Shown one piece after another: positions 11,761 through 23,460 of a stretch of DNA of 64,000 bases. The translations under genes and the position numbers were made by a program. Source of the DNA: Lama guanicoe (taxonomy: Eukaryota); NCBI GenBank assembly GCA_013239625.1, contig MU053379.1:2338866-2402865 (forward strand), given 5' to 3'. How positions within the stretch are numbered: the stretch's first letter is position 1; the number at the start of each line of letters is the position of its first letter. The notes below the pieces were generated by a model. That model worked only from the letters and a program-made list of their open reading frames with translations, ran no database searches and was not told the DNA's origin.

Positions 11761-12979
11761 GTGCCTTGACTCCAAGGACGGATGACTCAGCAGGGCTCGT
11801 TCAGACCTTCGGGGTGATGGCTCCACTGTTGCTCTGAAAGCGGCACCTTGCTGGGTGAGCCAGCCTGCTCTGCAAGCCGTGAGGACTCCTGTGGCCCGGG
11901 AAGGGGCCTCTGCTCGGTGTTAGGGGCTGCAGAAGCCATCAGTGGCGACGTGTCTGGCGCGGGGCACCCTGGTGGTGAAGCTCTGACCCCAGCTGGGCCT
12001 CCGGGACAATGGCTGAGTGTAGCTGTCCCCCCCGCCCCCGCCCACGTTTGGTGATGGGATGTTGGAGATTTGTGGCTTCTCTGAGGTTTCCCCACTTTCC
12101 CGTCTGAAACGGAGAGTCTTTCTTCTGGGCCGGGGGGCAGGCGCGCGTTGCCTGCCCCCGGCCAGGACAGCGGCCTCTGAGAGAAAAACAGGAAGTTAGA
12201 ACATATGCATTTTGTACGTATTGGCTGAACGATGAGTTTCTCAGTGGTTCCACGTGGCTTGAATAACAGGGTAGTTTTCCTTCCCAGAGTAAAATATGCA
12301 AGCTAATTAAGATGTATCTTGTTGAATCACATTTGATTTTAGTGAATTATTTGGGTCCAGCACTGCTTTAAGCACTTTCACAGATTGGCTGATGAAATTC
12401 TTTCCACAAATGTTTCCTGGACGGGGAGCGCGTGGTGTCGGCAGGACAGATGTTACGCCCTGGGCCACGTCTCAGGAATGTGATGGGCGCTTTCTAAACC
12501 TTAGCCAGTGTTTCCAAGTGGGGAAGAGGGCATTTTAAACAAGAGAGACTTGCAGAGGAGGGTGGGCTTGTGGGAGGGGCTGGAAAAGGGAACGAAGGTT
12601 TGAGTCAAACTGGACAAGACTTGTGGCATCTGCTGCTTCCGAGGGTTTAGACTTTGTGTCCCACGTATCAGGGGCGTCCTGACTGGATTTTGTTTTAGAG
12701 CAGAGTTTCTCAAACTTGAGGGAAGAGTTGGCAGGGAGAGAAGGCCCTCACTTGTTCCGAGGGAGCTGAGTTGCCCCCAGACCACAGGTGTGGGTGCGAC
12801 GCCCGGTGCAGCCGCAGCCACTCACCTGCCGGCCACTCTGAGGACGGGTGGACACTGACCCCAGGAGGGCAGAAGCAGGAGACAGAAGAGAGCCGGGGAA
12901 GCAGGGCCTCGCTGAAATCACAGAGCCCCTGGCTCAGCCCCCAGGAACCCCTAATCGCTTTCACTGTTTAGTGATGTTT

Positions 12980-13690
12980 AAGGTTTGATTTCAGAATAAG
13001 TTCAGACTTCCAGAAATTGGCAAGAGTAGTTCAGACAACCTCCCCGCTCCCCCGTTCACCGTTCCTGCAGATTTACGGGTTTGTGCCGTTTCGTCCCATT
13101 TGCTGCATCATCTCTGACTTTGTGGAGAGCAGAGAGCAGACATCTCTACCTCAGCACCTCTGACTGCTGAGCGCCGTGCTTAGGACAGGGGCGCTCTCCT
13201 GCACCCCATGGCCCTCTCATCCACGTCTGGGCCCCAGTCACTGATACGGTGTCTAGTCTGAACCACAGATAACAACCTTCATCAGTTTCCCCAGTAACAT
13301 GCTCTGTAGCATGATTCTGTCTCTGGTCCAGGATCATCTGTATTTGGAGGGAGGGGTTCTTTAATCCTTTTAATCCGGGATGGCTCCCCAGCCTTTCCTT
13401 ATCTCCCATGACTTTGGTATTTTTGCAGAACCCAGGCCAGTTCTTTTCTCGAATGTCCCTTGAGTGGAGCGTCTGTGTTTCCTCAGGGCTAGTTTCAGGC
13501 CCCCGCCTCCTGTTGGAATAGCCCTGACTGATGTCGTGTTCGTCTCGGGGCCTCACGTCTGGAGGAACACAGCCTCCGTGTGCCCTCCTGGGGATGTCCA
13601 TCTCGACCACCTGGTCACGGTGTTGTCTGGTTTCTCCACTGTTCGGTTCCTCTCATTCCTCTTGCAATTAATGCGCAGTCTGTGAGGAGA
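12980..13690 (-). mobile_element. Old L1MC-like 3' UTR fragment
   Basis: aataagttcagacttccagaaattggcaagagtag...ccaggccagttcttttctcgaatgtccc...cttgcaattaatgcgcagtctgtgaggagac. Confidence 0.7.
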
Positions 13691-14769
13691 CATGACTGTG
13701 GATTCTTAAGCCGACTTGAATTGGGTTTTCTGTTCCCCACAACATAAAAGCTCCTCACTGATTCAAGGGCCTGTTTGTATTGTGGGATTAATTGCTCATT
13801 ACGGTGCGGAAACAAGCAAGGGATTATGATGAGAAGAATAGGAGAAGTTTCTTAAAAGCTCTAATTGTGGTCAGATGGGAGCAGAGCTGGACCGGAGTGC
13901 GTGGGTGTCCTGAGAGCACTAATCATTCGGTTAGACGCTTCTTAATCTTTGAATTTCTTTTGCTGTGGCCGTCAGAGGCCTCAGCACAGTCAAGCAACTT
14001 GTAGCTCAGCTTAAACTGAATATTATTTACCAACATAATTAACTATAATGTGTTACTGAGTCAGCAGTAGAGAACTATTACACATACATATACGTGCACA
14101 CACGTGGCAGGAACACAGCTGCTTAATTAAACCCTCCGGCCTCCCACTAAATCTCATGCTTCATAAGCCATTGTTGCCTGCCAACCCTCCAAACAAGGCA
14201 AAGCGTGTAACTATGCAAGATTCAACTAACACATCTAACAAACATTGCTCTTACTTCTCCAACCCAAAGCTAGTGTAGCTGCAGTTTCCTAATAATACCA
14301 ATTACTTTGATGGATAAGTTTTATATAGAAAGACATTCCCCTAGGTCTGCCATTGGCCTCGAACAAAATTTAAAAAAATACATTTTAATAATCTCCAAAA
14401 CAAATAAATATTTCAATACTAATTTTAACACAACCCAAACTGCTACACCAAATGCCAGTATGTCGCTTAAATTCATAAAGGATTCTCTGTTAATAAAAAT
14501 GACATCCTCGAGTCAAAATAGATTTACCATCAGTTGCACTGAATAACATTTTAACTTCTGTGCAAACAACTTTCAATTTTTTGCCAACTTGCAACAGTTT
14601 GCAAAATAAGTCTTTTGTTTCCATTTTTACCTGGAAAATGTTAGTTATACTCACAAAGAATAGTGGTTATTTACAGGGACATAGAAATTTTATGCAAAAT
14701 ATGCTTATATATTTTTTCCAGATTTTTATATTGGCAAAAACGTTTCCATTAATTGTGAATTCAGTACCA

Positions 14770-15016
14770 CTGAGCAGGATTCCTAAGAGAAGCAGTGAAC
14801 CAGACCCTGAGACAAGGATTCGTCTGAAAGACATTAACTGGGAGGTGATCTCCGGGGACATCAGCAGCGAAGCGGGGACGGGAGACAAGGAAGGGGAAGC
14901 AGCCGTGAAGTGTGTGGTTGTGTGTGCACGTGGTTGTGACTGGCTTGGTTTGGGTGCCCCTGGAGCAGACCCTAAGGTAAAGATTCAAGTGCAAATAGTT
15001 TGGAGGAGGTTTTTCT
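14770..15016 (-). mobile_element. Two adjacent LTR16/LTR33-like (ERVL) terminal fragments
   Basis: cagaccctgagacaaggattc...tgggaggtgat followed by gcagaccctaaggtaaagattcaagtgcaaatagttt. Confidence 0.55.
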
Positions 15017-15221
15017 AAGGACTAAACTTTACTGCTTGAAGGACATCCTAGATGCATTACTGGTGGGCGAAACAGAAGCTTCCATTCACGCCACCTTAGC
15101 GAGAACCAAGAACTCAGAAAGCTAGAGCAGTTGCCTCTTTGGATACCAAAAAACAACATATTAAAGTCCATCACAGAGAACAAATAAGGAAGCACTCAGC
15201 AGAGCAAAAACAAGCGGGGGG

Positions 15222-15507
15222 TACTCAGACACAGAAAACAGACTTATGGTTACCAGGGCAGAAAGGGGTGGGAGGGATAAACTGGGAGTTTGGGATTTGC
15301 AGATACAAACTGCCATATATAAAATAGATAAACAACAGGGTCCTACTGGACAGCACGGGGAACTGTATTCAATATCTTGTAACGAACTATAATGGAAAAG
15401 AATATGAAAAGGAATATACATACGTGTGTGTAACCCAATCACTGTGCTGTGCACCAGAAATTAACACCACATTGTAAGTCGACCATACTTCAGTTAAAAA
15501 CGAAACA
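15222..15507 (+). mobile_element. L1 3' end
   Basis: actcagacacagaaaacagacttatggttacc...gagtttgggatttgcagatac...ctgtgcaccagaaattaacac...tacttcagttaaaaa. Confidence 0.9.
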
Positions 15508-15699
15508 GCAGGCTAATTGCCCTAACAAGGGAGCAGGGATCCTGGAGCTCACAAGCCCAGGGAAGAGTCAGAAAGAATTGCAGACGTGGGTTTGGGTTGA
15601 TTCGTACTGTGACTAGGAGGGAAAATGGAGGTTCAGGTCTCCCGCGGCTGCAGGTGGGTCTCACAACAGGGAGAGCCTTTGGTTACTTGGCACGTGGAG

Positions 15700-16045
15700 G
15701 CCAGGGAAGAAGACGGTGAGGCCGAGGCGGAGATCCTGACCCGGGGTGCCGTCTCTGCCGGAGCCCGGAGCCTGTCCTCTGGCGGGAGGGCTGAGTGAGG
15801 AGGGAAAGGCGCCCAGGCACGGGGTGTCATCAAGCCAGCCCCACCGCGGCGGTGACTGGAGCCTGAGCTCACGGGGACCCGGGAGACAGCGCAGAACAGC
15901 ACCTGGGAGCCGCCCCACCTGGATGGCGAGGGAGCCGGGCAGGCGAGGAGCCGCCCTGTTGCGCCTGGCGCATGCGCCTTCAGAATCTCACCTGCCCGCG
16001 GCTCCGGCTCAGCCCTCTTGCAACTCGCCGGTCCACGTGCGTGGT
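15700..16045 (-). mobile_element. Heavily GC-shifted LTR16-like remnant, now CpG-rich
   Basis: gggtgtcatcaagccagccccaccgcggcggtgactggagc...gggagacagcgcagaacagcacct...cccacctggatggcgagggagccggg parallels the recalled LTR16 reverse complement and the copy at ~49.9-50.2 kb. Confidence 0.55.
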
Positions 16046-16052
16046 GTGGCTG

Positions 16053-16492
16053 CGTTATCGAACTCGGGTTTGGCTGCTCGCTGCTCAAAAGCCAATAATT
16101 CAAGAGACAAGTGTCAGAAGAAGGGAAATGTTCTTGAATCAGAAAAGCTGGCAGTCTGGGGATATGGCAGTCTTCTATCCAGAGACCATCTCCAGAGATT
16201 CTGCTCAGCCATGACCGTGGCGGGGCGAGGGGCAGAATCTGAGTGAGTCGTCAGAGCAGGGCGCTGGGTCTGCATCCTTCTCTCCACTGGGTGCAGAATG
16301 GCTGACTCTCTCCAGATGATCTCTTGCCTCCTGTGATCTGCCTGCAGGATTGCTAAGGGGGCTCTTGGGGGTAGAGAGTTAATCATTCTTTAACTGCTTA
16401 ATTCTTCATTCTTCTTTTTAATCTAGGAAAAGAATGAGCAGGTTAGACGAGGCGGAGGTGCACTGAGGAGCATAAATCAGGAGCTAGTTTCA
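16053..16492 (-). mobile_element. ERV1-class solo LTR (cetartiodactyl type)
   Basis: (c/t)gttatcgaactcgggtttggctgctcgctgctcaaaagccaataa...tagtttca; 4-bp TSD gctg/gttg. Confidence 0.75.
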
Positions 16493-19400
16493 GTTGCTCA
16501 GCGATCTCATTCCTGTGATCAGGTTCTTTTGAGGTTCGAGGGGGACAGAAATGGGCCAGCAGGAAAGGGCGAAAGGGCTGCTTTCAGCCGGGAGTGACCC
16601 TGGGCAATGTCAGGTGTGAAAGCACGGCACAAGAACCGGGCTGGGCTGGGGGTGGTCAGGAACGTTCTCCGTCTCTGCTCTCGTGGGGGCGCCATTCTGG
16701 AGGGGGCTGGGCCCGGCTGCACACACACCACTGCTGAGGTCGGGAGACGGGGTTGGAAACGGATCAGAAAGGGGCCTGGGTACCCAGCGAGGGAGTATGG
16801 ACATTAGACTCTTTAAAAACGGTTGTGCACAGTGCAAGGCAGCAGCTAGCAGCGGAGCGCTGGAAAGGTCTGCCCCTTGGGGGCGGCCTGTGGGTGGAGG
16901 GGAGCAGACACAGGCCGAACGGACCACAGACGATAGGGAGCTGCTGAAACCATTAAGGGCGCCGTGGTCCAAGGCCTGAGTGGATGGGGAGGAAGGTGAG
17001 AGACGTTTGGACGGGAGACTCTCCGCACCGGGAGTGGCTGATGTGCAGAGTGAAGTGAGGGAGGAGCAGGGGCCCCTCCCTCCACGGATTCAAGCCTGGG
17101 GTTGTCGTTAACGGGGGAGCCGGGACTTCAGAGGAACGGAATGTTAAGTGGAAAGGCAGCGTCCCAGCCTGCTTCAGGGACAGAAAGCAAAACGGAGGGC
17201 TTCTTGGCCTACTTTTTGAAGACAGACATTTCTCTAGTTCAGAAAAGGAGGTGAGAAAAGGAGAAGAGGACTCTACGAAGCCTTAGTTTGGTTTTGTGTT
17301 TGTTTTTGGTTTTGTTTTGTTTTTTCCTGAATTGGAAGCAGACAAAACAAATAGCCGCGATCCAGAAGTGACGCACGAGCCGCCAGCTGAGCGACCTGGC
17401 TTCTGTCTGCTGTCTCCATCCACCTCCATGAAATAATAAAGGACAGAAAATAATCAGAAATGGGGAGCCGGAAGCCACCATGCCCGGAGAACAGGGTCCG
17501 CCGAGAGGCTTCGGGCCGTGGGGGAGCCTCGTGTTCGTAGGCGGAGGGGCCGAGTGCTGCCCGGTGTCCTAGCAGGCGGGCGCAGCGGGGTTCACGGGTG
17601 CAAGCGCTCTGTGATGAGACGTGCCACGCGCCAGCCCGGTCATCGCCCCCTGCGGTGGGGCCGTAGCTCTGTTGTGCCTGGGCCCCCACCCCCATTTGGG
17701 TTGGGCCAGAGGGGACTGTGGGAGGGATGGTTTAGCCCAGCACTGAAGCAGGCGTGAACTCAACTCCCTTTCCTGGCTTTCACGAAAACCCTTTCCACCT
17801 TCTGGAGAGAAGCAAGGGGGCCAGGTCTTCAGGAAGAGGAGAGCTTTAAGCTCTAATCTGCCCCTTTGCTGGGGACCCGCTACGGCGCCCAGAGACGGGG
17901 AGGCCTTGTTTTCCCGAGACGAGCAGCTCTGAGCAGAGGCTCAGGCCTGCCACCCGGGTTCCCACTCTGTGTGGTAACATGAGGTCAATAGAAGCTGATT
18001 GTAGGGGGTCAGAAACCCCCCCAGCCCCAGGCCAGTGCACGCGGGGGGCCTTGATCCCAGACACAGGGCTGGGTGTGTTGTGACCTCCGAGGTGAGGATG
18101 CTGGGAGGGGAAAGGCAGCTGGTTTAGGATTAAGACGGGGTTGGAGAGGAGTCCGAGCTGGTGGACCCACAGTGAAGGAGCTGTCCTGTTGGCCAAAGGA
18201 GGTGGAGACGGGGCACAGAGGCCCGGATGCTTCTAAGGAGGGAGTGTGACCTCTGGGACTGGAATTAAAAGCTAGAGAGAGATTAGGGTGCCTTAGGGCT
18301 GTTGAATCCAAGCCTGTCTGTTTTCTCCAAGGGCCACAAGGCTGTAACCAGGACTGAACCTTTACTTCTGCAAACCAGGATGGGGTCGGGGTGCGAGAAG
18401 GCCAGGAGCAGTAGTGAAACCTGTGTCCATTCTTTCAGGGGCTGTTGGATGACCCAGCCTTCTCCCCAGGAGTGCCCTAAGAGCAGGCGGGAGGGCCCTC
18501 TGCTCTGTGTGTTTAGCCCCCTCCAGCCTCATCCCCCGTCATGGCAGGAGAAGTCCAAGGGGTCCAAGGATGTGCCAGCCAGAGCCGACATCCTCCTCCG
18601 CCTCTCGCTGCAGACACACAGCTCTCAGATCCCCTGCCCTCATGCCCCACGCCCGCTTGCGCTGCCCGGCCGGGCTCTTCCCCAAGCCCCGAGGGCTGGC
18701 TCTGCTTCTGGAGATGTAGTTAATACAGCCCCCCCGCCTCCACTGTAGACTGGAGGGCTTGGCAGGGAATGTGAGGTGGCCGGTGCTTAGACAGGAAGGC
18801 TGGGGTGTCCACAGAGCTGTCGAGGGAAGAGAAGGGTGACCGCCGTGGGGTAGGTGCGGCATGGCCCCATGCCCCTGCGTCCAGCACACGTCACTGAAGA
18901 GTCTGGAAATTCTGAACTGAAGCGGGCTTTCCAGGTCCTTATCGAGGTCTGTCTGTCATGGCAGAGAGTAGAACTCGTGTCAAATAACACCTTGTAGTCC
19001 TGATGGTTCACTTAACAAAGTTCAGGCATAAAGTGTATGAACCCCGACGTGTCCTCTGGCCCCAGGCCTTGGATGTGGTGCCCACCCAGCATCCCCCTGG
19101 GAGGCGGGAGAGCCCAGGCAGGGCCCGTGGCACGCTGTCTCCACGGTCCACTCGGACTGGCCACCGCGGGTCTGTCCCCTGTGTCCTTGGCTCCTTTTTC
19201 CAGAAGTCTGACCCCAAGGCTTTCATTATGACCCAGAGCAGTCTCCTTCTGACGTGAGTTTGTCGTCACCCCCGAATCCTCCCGATGGAGCCCGGGGAGC
19301 CTGGTGCCTCCCCTCCCTCCACCTCGCCTGCCCCGTCGGCCTCCCGGCCCTGAGAGTGGGTCAGACGCCGCCCTAGAGGACAGGAGGGGGAGGGCCCCGG

Positions 19401-20867
19401 GGAGGAAGGCCCTGTGCTCCACCGAGAGCCTGCAGAGCCTGGCAGTTTGTAGTTGTAGCCTGTACGAAACTGAGTGATGTGAAACTGGGTTTGTGCAACG
19501 CCCGCTCGAATGTGCTTGTCTCTCCCAGCAGAAGATACGAACGCCCTTGCCCAGCCGAGCGAGACCGTTCAACCCGCCCAGAGTTCAGAGGCTCGGTTTC
19601 AGACAAAAACCACCTTCTCGGTGAAGGCAGCAGGCATCACTGAGATCTCTGCTGAGCTGGGTGGGCTTCCACGACTCTTTTGTAGACATAGAAAATAAAA
19701 AATTGTTTTGGAGAGCCACTGTTTATTCCGTACGCATCCCCCTTGATCACACGGACGCTGGCTGTGGGCGGTGCTAATACTGGCGGTGCGCACTCACTCT
19801 GTGTAGAAGGTGTTTAGTTACTTCGGTGTTGGACGGCGGGCTGTCACTGAGTGCCCCACATGGAGTCTGCAGGCTTAGAAGGAGGGCCAGCTGCTCTCCA
19901 ACCCACTTTCTAAGAGCAAGAATGGGGACTTTGAGGCTCTGATCCCCGTAACCCGTGATGCAAGTACACGTGCGAACACACGGAGAAGCCCCCCTTCCTG
20001 GCCTGCTCTATTTCGTTGGGAGTTTGGCGTCTGTTCTGCAGATTTCTTTTGTCTTGTGGTTTCCAGCGAAGATGTGCTGGCTTGGACACACACCAGGAGA
20101 CCTTCCGAGAATTCTGACTTGTGCAGAAACGAAAGAGCTGAGAACCATGACTGGTTGAGGACGTGGTGAGATGAGTGGGTCGTTAGGTTCTAGAGAGAAG
20201 AGAAGACTCCTGATCCCAGACTCTGCAGGAAATACCCAGCCACAGGCAGAACATGTGGACTCCACAAACCAACGTCCCCGTGTCTCAAGGGGGTGGGGGG
20301 CCTTTCCATTGTGCTGTGTGGGTCGACAGGGTGGATTGCGTGTTGCTGGCACTTGAGGTTACCTGGTCATTCCTGATGCCGTGGTTCTTCCTCATGCTTT
20401 TGATGCAGCCATTCCCTGAAAACCCCTCCTTTCAGCCTCGATGACGTCTCTGTAAAATCTCACGCACTTACTTTTCCAGTGAGCATTTATTGAGCACATC
20501 CGTGCCAGGCACTGTGTAAGGTCCTGGAGAGGCTAGTCTGAGTAAGGCACATGGACCCCAGTGTCCGGTTGGCTAGAGGAAGCTCTTTTCTTGTTCTCGT
20601 CATCCTCTAAAGACGTGGAACCTTCTGGACTGAGCATCTGGCTTCCTTCAGGTCTCCTGATGGCACCGTTTAACTTGGTCAAGAGGACAGCTGGAAAGGG
20701 TTCACGTCTTACTCGGGGCAGATGATGTGGTTTCACGGATGAAGCACTGGCTTCAGTCTGCAGATCCGGCTTCCTCCCTTTGCTGTCTGGTGTCGCTGCA
20801 GTGTACGCAGGATCTGATCTGAGCGGCCTCGGCACAGACCTGTGGTTTAGAGCCGCGGCGGTGGGTG

Positions 20868-21070
20868 CGGCAGGGGCTGGAGTCCCTTCTCCCCGCTCAC
20901 CGGAGCTGACTGTTACATTCTCGTGAATTCTGTAAGCCCATCGATGTCACTTCGGTGGGTTGACATTGGCCACAATGGGAGTATTCATCCGACAAAGTAG
21001 GTGAATGCTCAAACGTGGGGCTTTTATTCCCCAGAAAGCCAGCGGTTAAGCATTTTCCAGCACGGCACTG
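20868..21070 (+). mobile_element. MER63A (hAT-Blackjack MITE)
   Basis: gctggag...ctgttacattctcgtgaatt...tggccacaatgggagtattcatcc...gttaagcattttccagcacggcactg. Confidence 0.75.
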
Positions 21071-21651
21071 ATTAACGGGGGGGCGAAGTATTCTAAAGGT
21101 GAAGCGGGAAGCGGGAAAGGCAGCAGCGCACGCAGGATCAAAATGAGGGAGAAGAAGCAAATCAGCACATGAGGTTCCGGGCAGTGTTGTGCCCTGGATT
21201 ATTACATAGGGATGGTGGCCCTGTTCTTCCCTCCAGAGAGGTGGCTGTCATGACATTGTAACCTAGGATGATTTAATTTTATTTCACTTTATCTTATTTT
21301 ATTTTGGTAAGAACACTCTCTTAAAGAGAACATTTTTCTGTGGCCCTTTAGACTTGGTGTGTGTCCTTTACACTTTCATCAACTAATGACCAACCAAAAC
21401 ATATTACGAGGATGAAAGGTATTGGGTTCAGAATTGTATCAGCCCGTTGCTGGCATATCCCTAGAGCATTCCCAGAGGCCCTTTTCTCACTGATGTTCTA
21501 AGAAATACAGAATAATCCAGTGTTACCGTCAGTTCATAATGAAATAGGTAAAGCTGCACTGAACGCAATTTGTGATCCATCCAAGCCGATCCCAACCTGA
21601 TGAATTACATTTGTTTGTAGTTTTTGAAAGTGAAAAATACTTGATCTGATA

Positions 21652-21930
21652 GGAAACAAATTTAGGGTTACCAGTGGAGGGGGAAGGGGGGAGGGAGGGA
21701 TAAATTGGGAGTTTGGGATTTGCAGACACAAACTCCTATGATAGATAAACAACAGGGTCCTACCCTACAGCACAGGGGACTATAGTCACTATCTTGTACT
21801 AATGTATGATGGAAAAGAATCTGGAAAAGAATTTACATATATGTTTGACTGAATCACTCTGCTGTACACCAGAAACTGACACAACATTGTAAATCAACTA
21901 TACTGCAGTTTTTAAAAAGGAAGGGGGAAG
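21652..21930 (+). mobile_element. L1 3' end
   Basis: G-rich tract, gagtttgggatttgcagac...ctgtacaccagaaactgacacaacattgtaaatcaacta; degenerate TSD aaaatacttgatctgata / aaaattcttggtctgaga. Confidence 0.9.
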
Positions 21931-22229
21931 GAAAATTCTTGGTCTGAGAGATACTTCATGCTGGTAGAAGAAAACCTGACAACAGCCTAAACTGCACAGT
22001 CATATTTGTTATTGGTTAACATTTTACAGAAGCATCAAGTAATCTTGCAAAATATATATTCGGAATTTAACCCAGGAAAATTGGAACTTCATAGAGATAA
22101 TGAAAACCACCACAGCTGCCTTGCAGGCCAGCGCTCGACCAGAAGGCAGAAGCCTGTTCGATCGATCATGTCTCTGATATAAAGTTTACAAGGAATAGAA
22201 TTTATCCCTAAAACCTACTTTCCATAAAT

Positions 22230-22440
22230 TTAAAATTAAATGGGTATCCATATGGAAAAATAAAGACTCTAAAATCCCTACCTCAAAATTAATTTGAGAT
22301 GGATCGTAGATCTGTACATTAAAGCTAAAACTATAAAACTTTTGGCATAAAACATAGAATATTCAAAAGCTTTACATTCTTATATTAGAAAAGAAGAAAA
22401 GTACAAAATTAAAATAAGACAGAAGAAGGTTTTAAACTGT
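22230..22440 (+). mobile_element. Old L1M ORF2-derived fragment
   Basis: tgggtatccatatggaaaaa...cctacctcaaaattaatttgagatggatcgtagatct...aaagctaaaactataaaact. Confidence 0.6.
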
Positions 22441-22624
22441 TATCTATACTGTAGAAGGAACTGACCAAGGAATTAAGATGGCTTAATGGAGTTGGCTCCA
22501 GAGAATATTTTCTCCGTGAAAATGACCAATATTGGTATGATTCCAAGTGAAATATTTGTGTTTATTAAGCACTGAGTTAAAACTTCCTTGAGGACATAAA
22601 GGCCACATTAAAATAACAGGACAC

Positions 22625-23460
22625 ACAAGTCAGAAAGGCCATCATTAAAAAGTCCACAAATGACAAATGCTGGACAGGGTGTGGAGAAAATGCTGGAGAT
22701 TGTGTCCTACACTGCTGGTGGGAATGTAGTGAGTGCAGCCACTATGGAAAACAGTTTGGAAATTCCTTTAAAAAGCTAAAAATAGACTTACCATATGTTC
22801 CAGCAATCCCACTCCTGGGCATATATCTGGAGGGTACTCTAATTTGAAAAGACACCTGCACCCCAGCATTCACAGCAGCACTATTTACAACAGCCAAGAC
22901 ATGGAAGCAAAAACCTAAATGTCCATTGACAGATGACTGGATTAAAGGAGTTGTGGTATACATATATACAATGGAATACTACTCGGCCATAAAAAAGAAT
23001 AATGAATAATGCCATTTGCAGCAATGTGGATGGATCCAGCGACTGTCATTCTAAGTGAAGTTAAGCCACAAAGGTAAAGAAAAATACCATATATTATCAC
23101 TTATGTGTGGAATCTAAAAAACAGACACAAGTGAACTTATTTACAAAACAGATACAGACTCACAGACATAGAGAACAAACTTATGGTTGCCAGGGGGAAA
23201 AGGGAGTGGGAAGGGATAAATTGGGAGTTTGAGATTTGCAGATACACATTAGTACGTATAAAACAGATGAACAACAAGGTCCTTCTGTACAGCACAAGGA
23301 ACTGTATTCAATACCTTGTAGTGACCTATAATGAAAAAAATATGAAAAGGAGTGTATGTATGTATATGTATGACCAAAACATGCTGTGCACCAGAAACTG
23401 ATACAATATTGTAAACTGACTATACTTCAATTAATTAATTAATTAATTAATTAAAAAAGA
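22625..23460 (+). mobile_element. 5'-truncated LINE-1 (ORF2 C-terminus and 3' UTR) with an (AATT)n tail
   Basis: ggccatcattaaaaagtccacaaatgacaaatgctgg...ccagcaatcccactcctgggcatatatc...tatacttcaattaattaattaattaattaattaaaaa. Confidence 0.95.
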
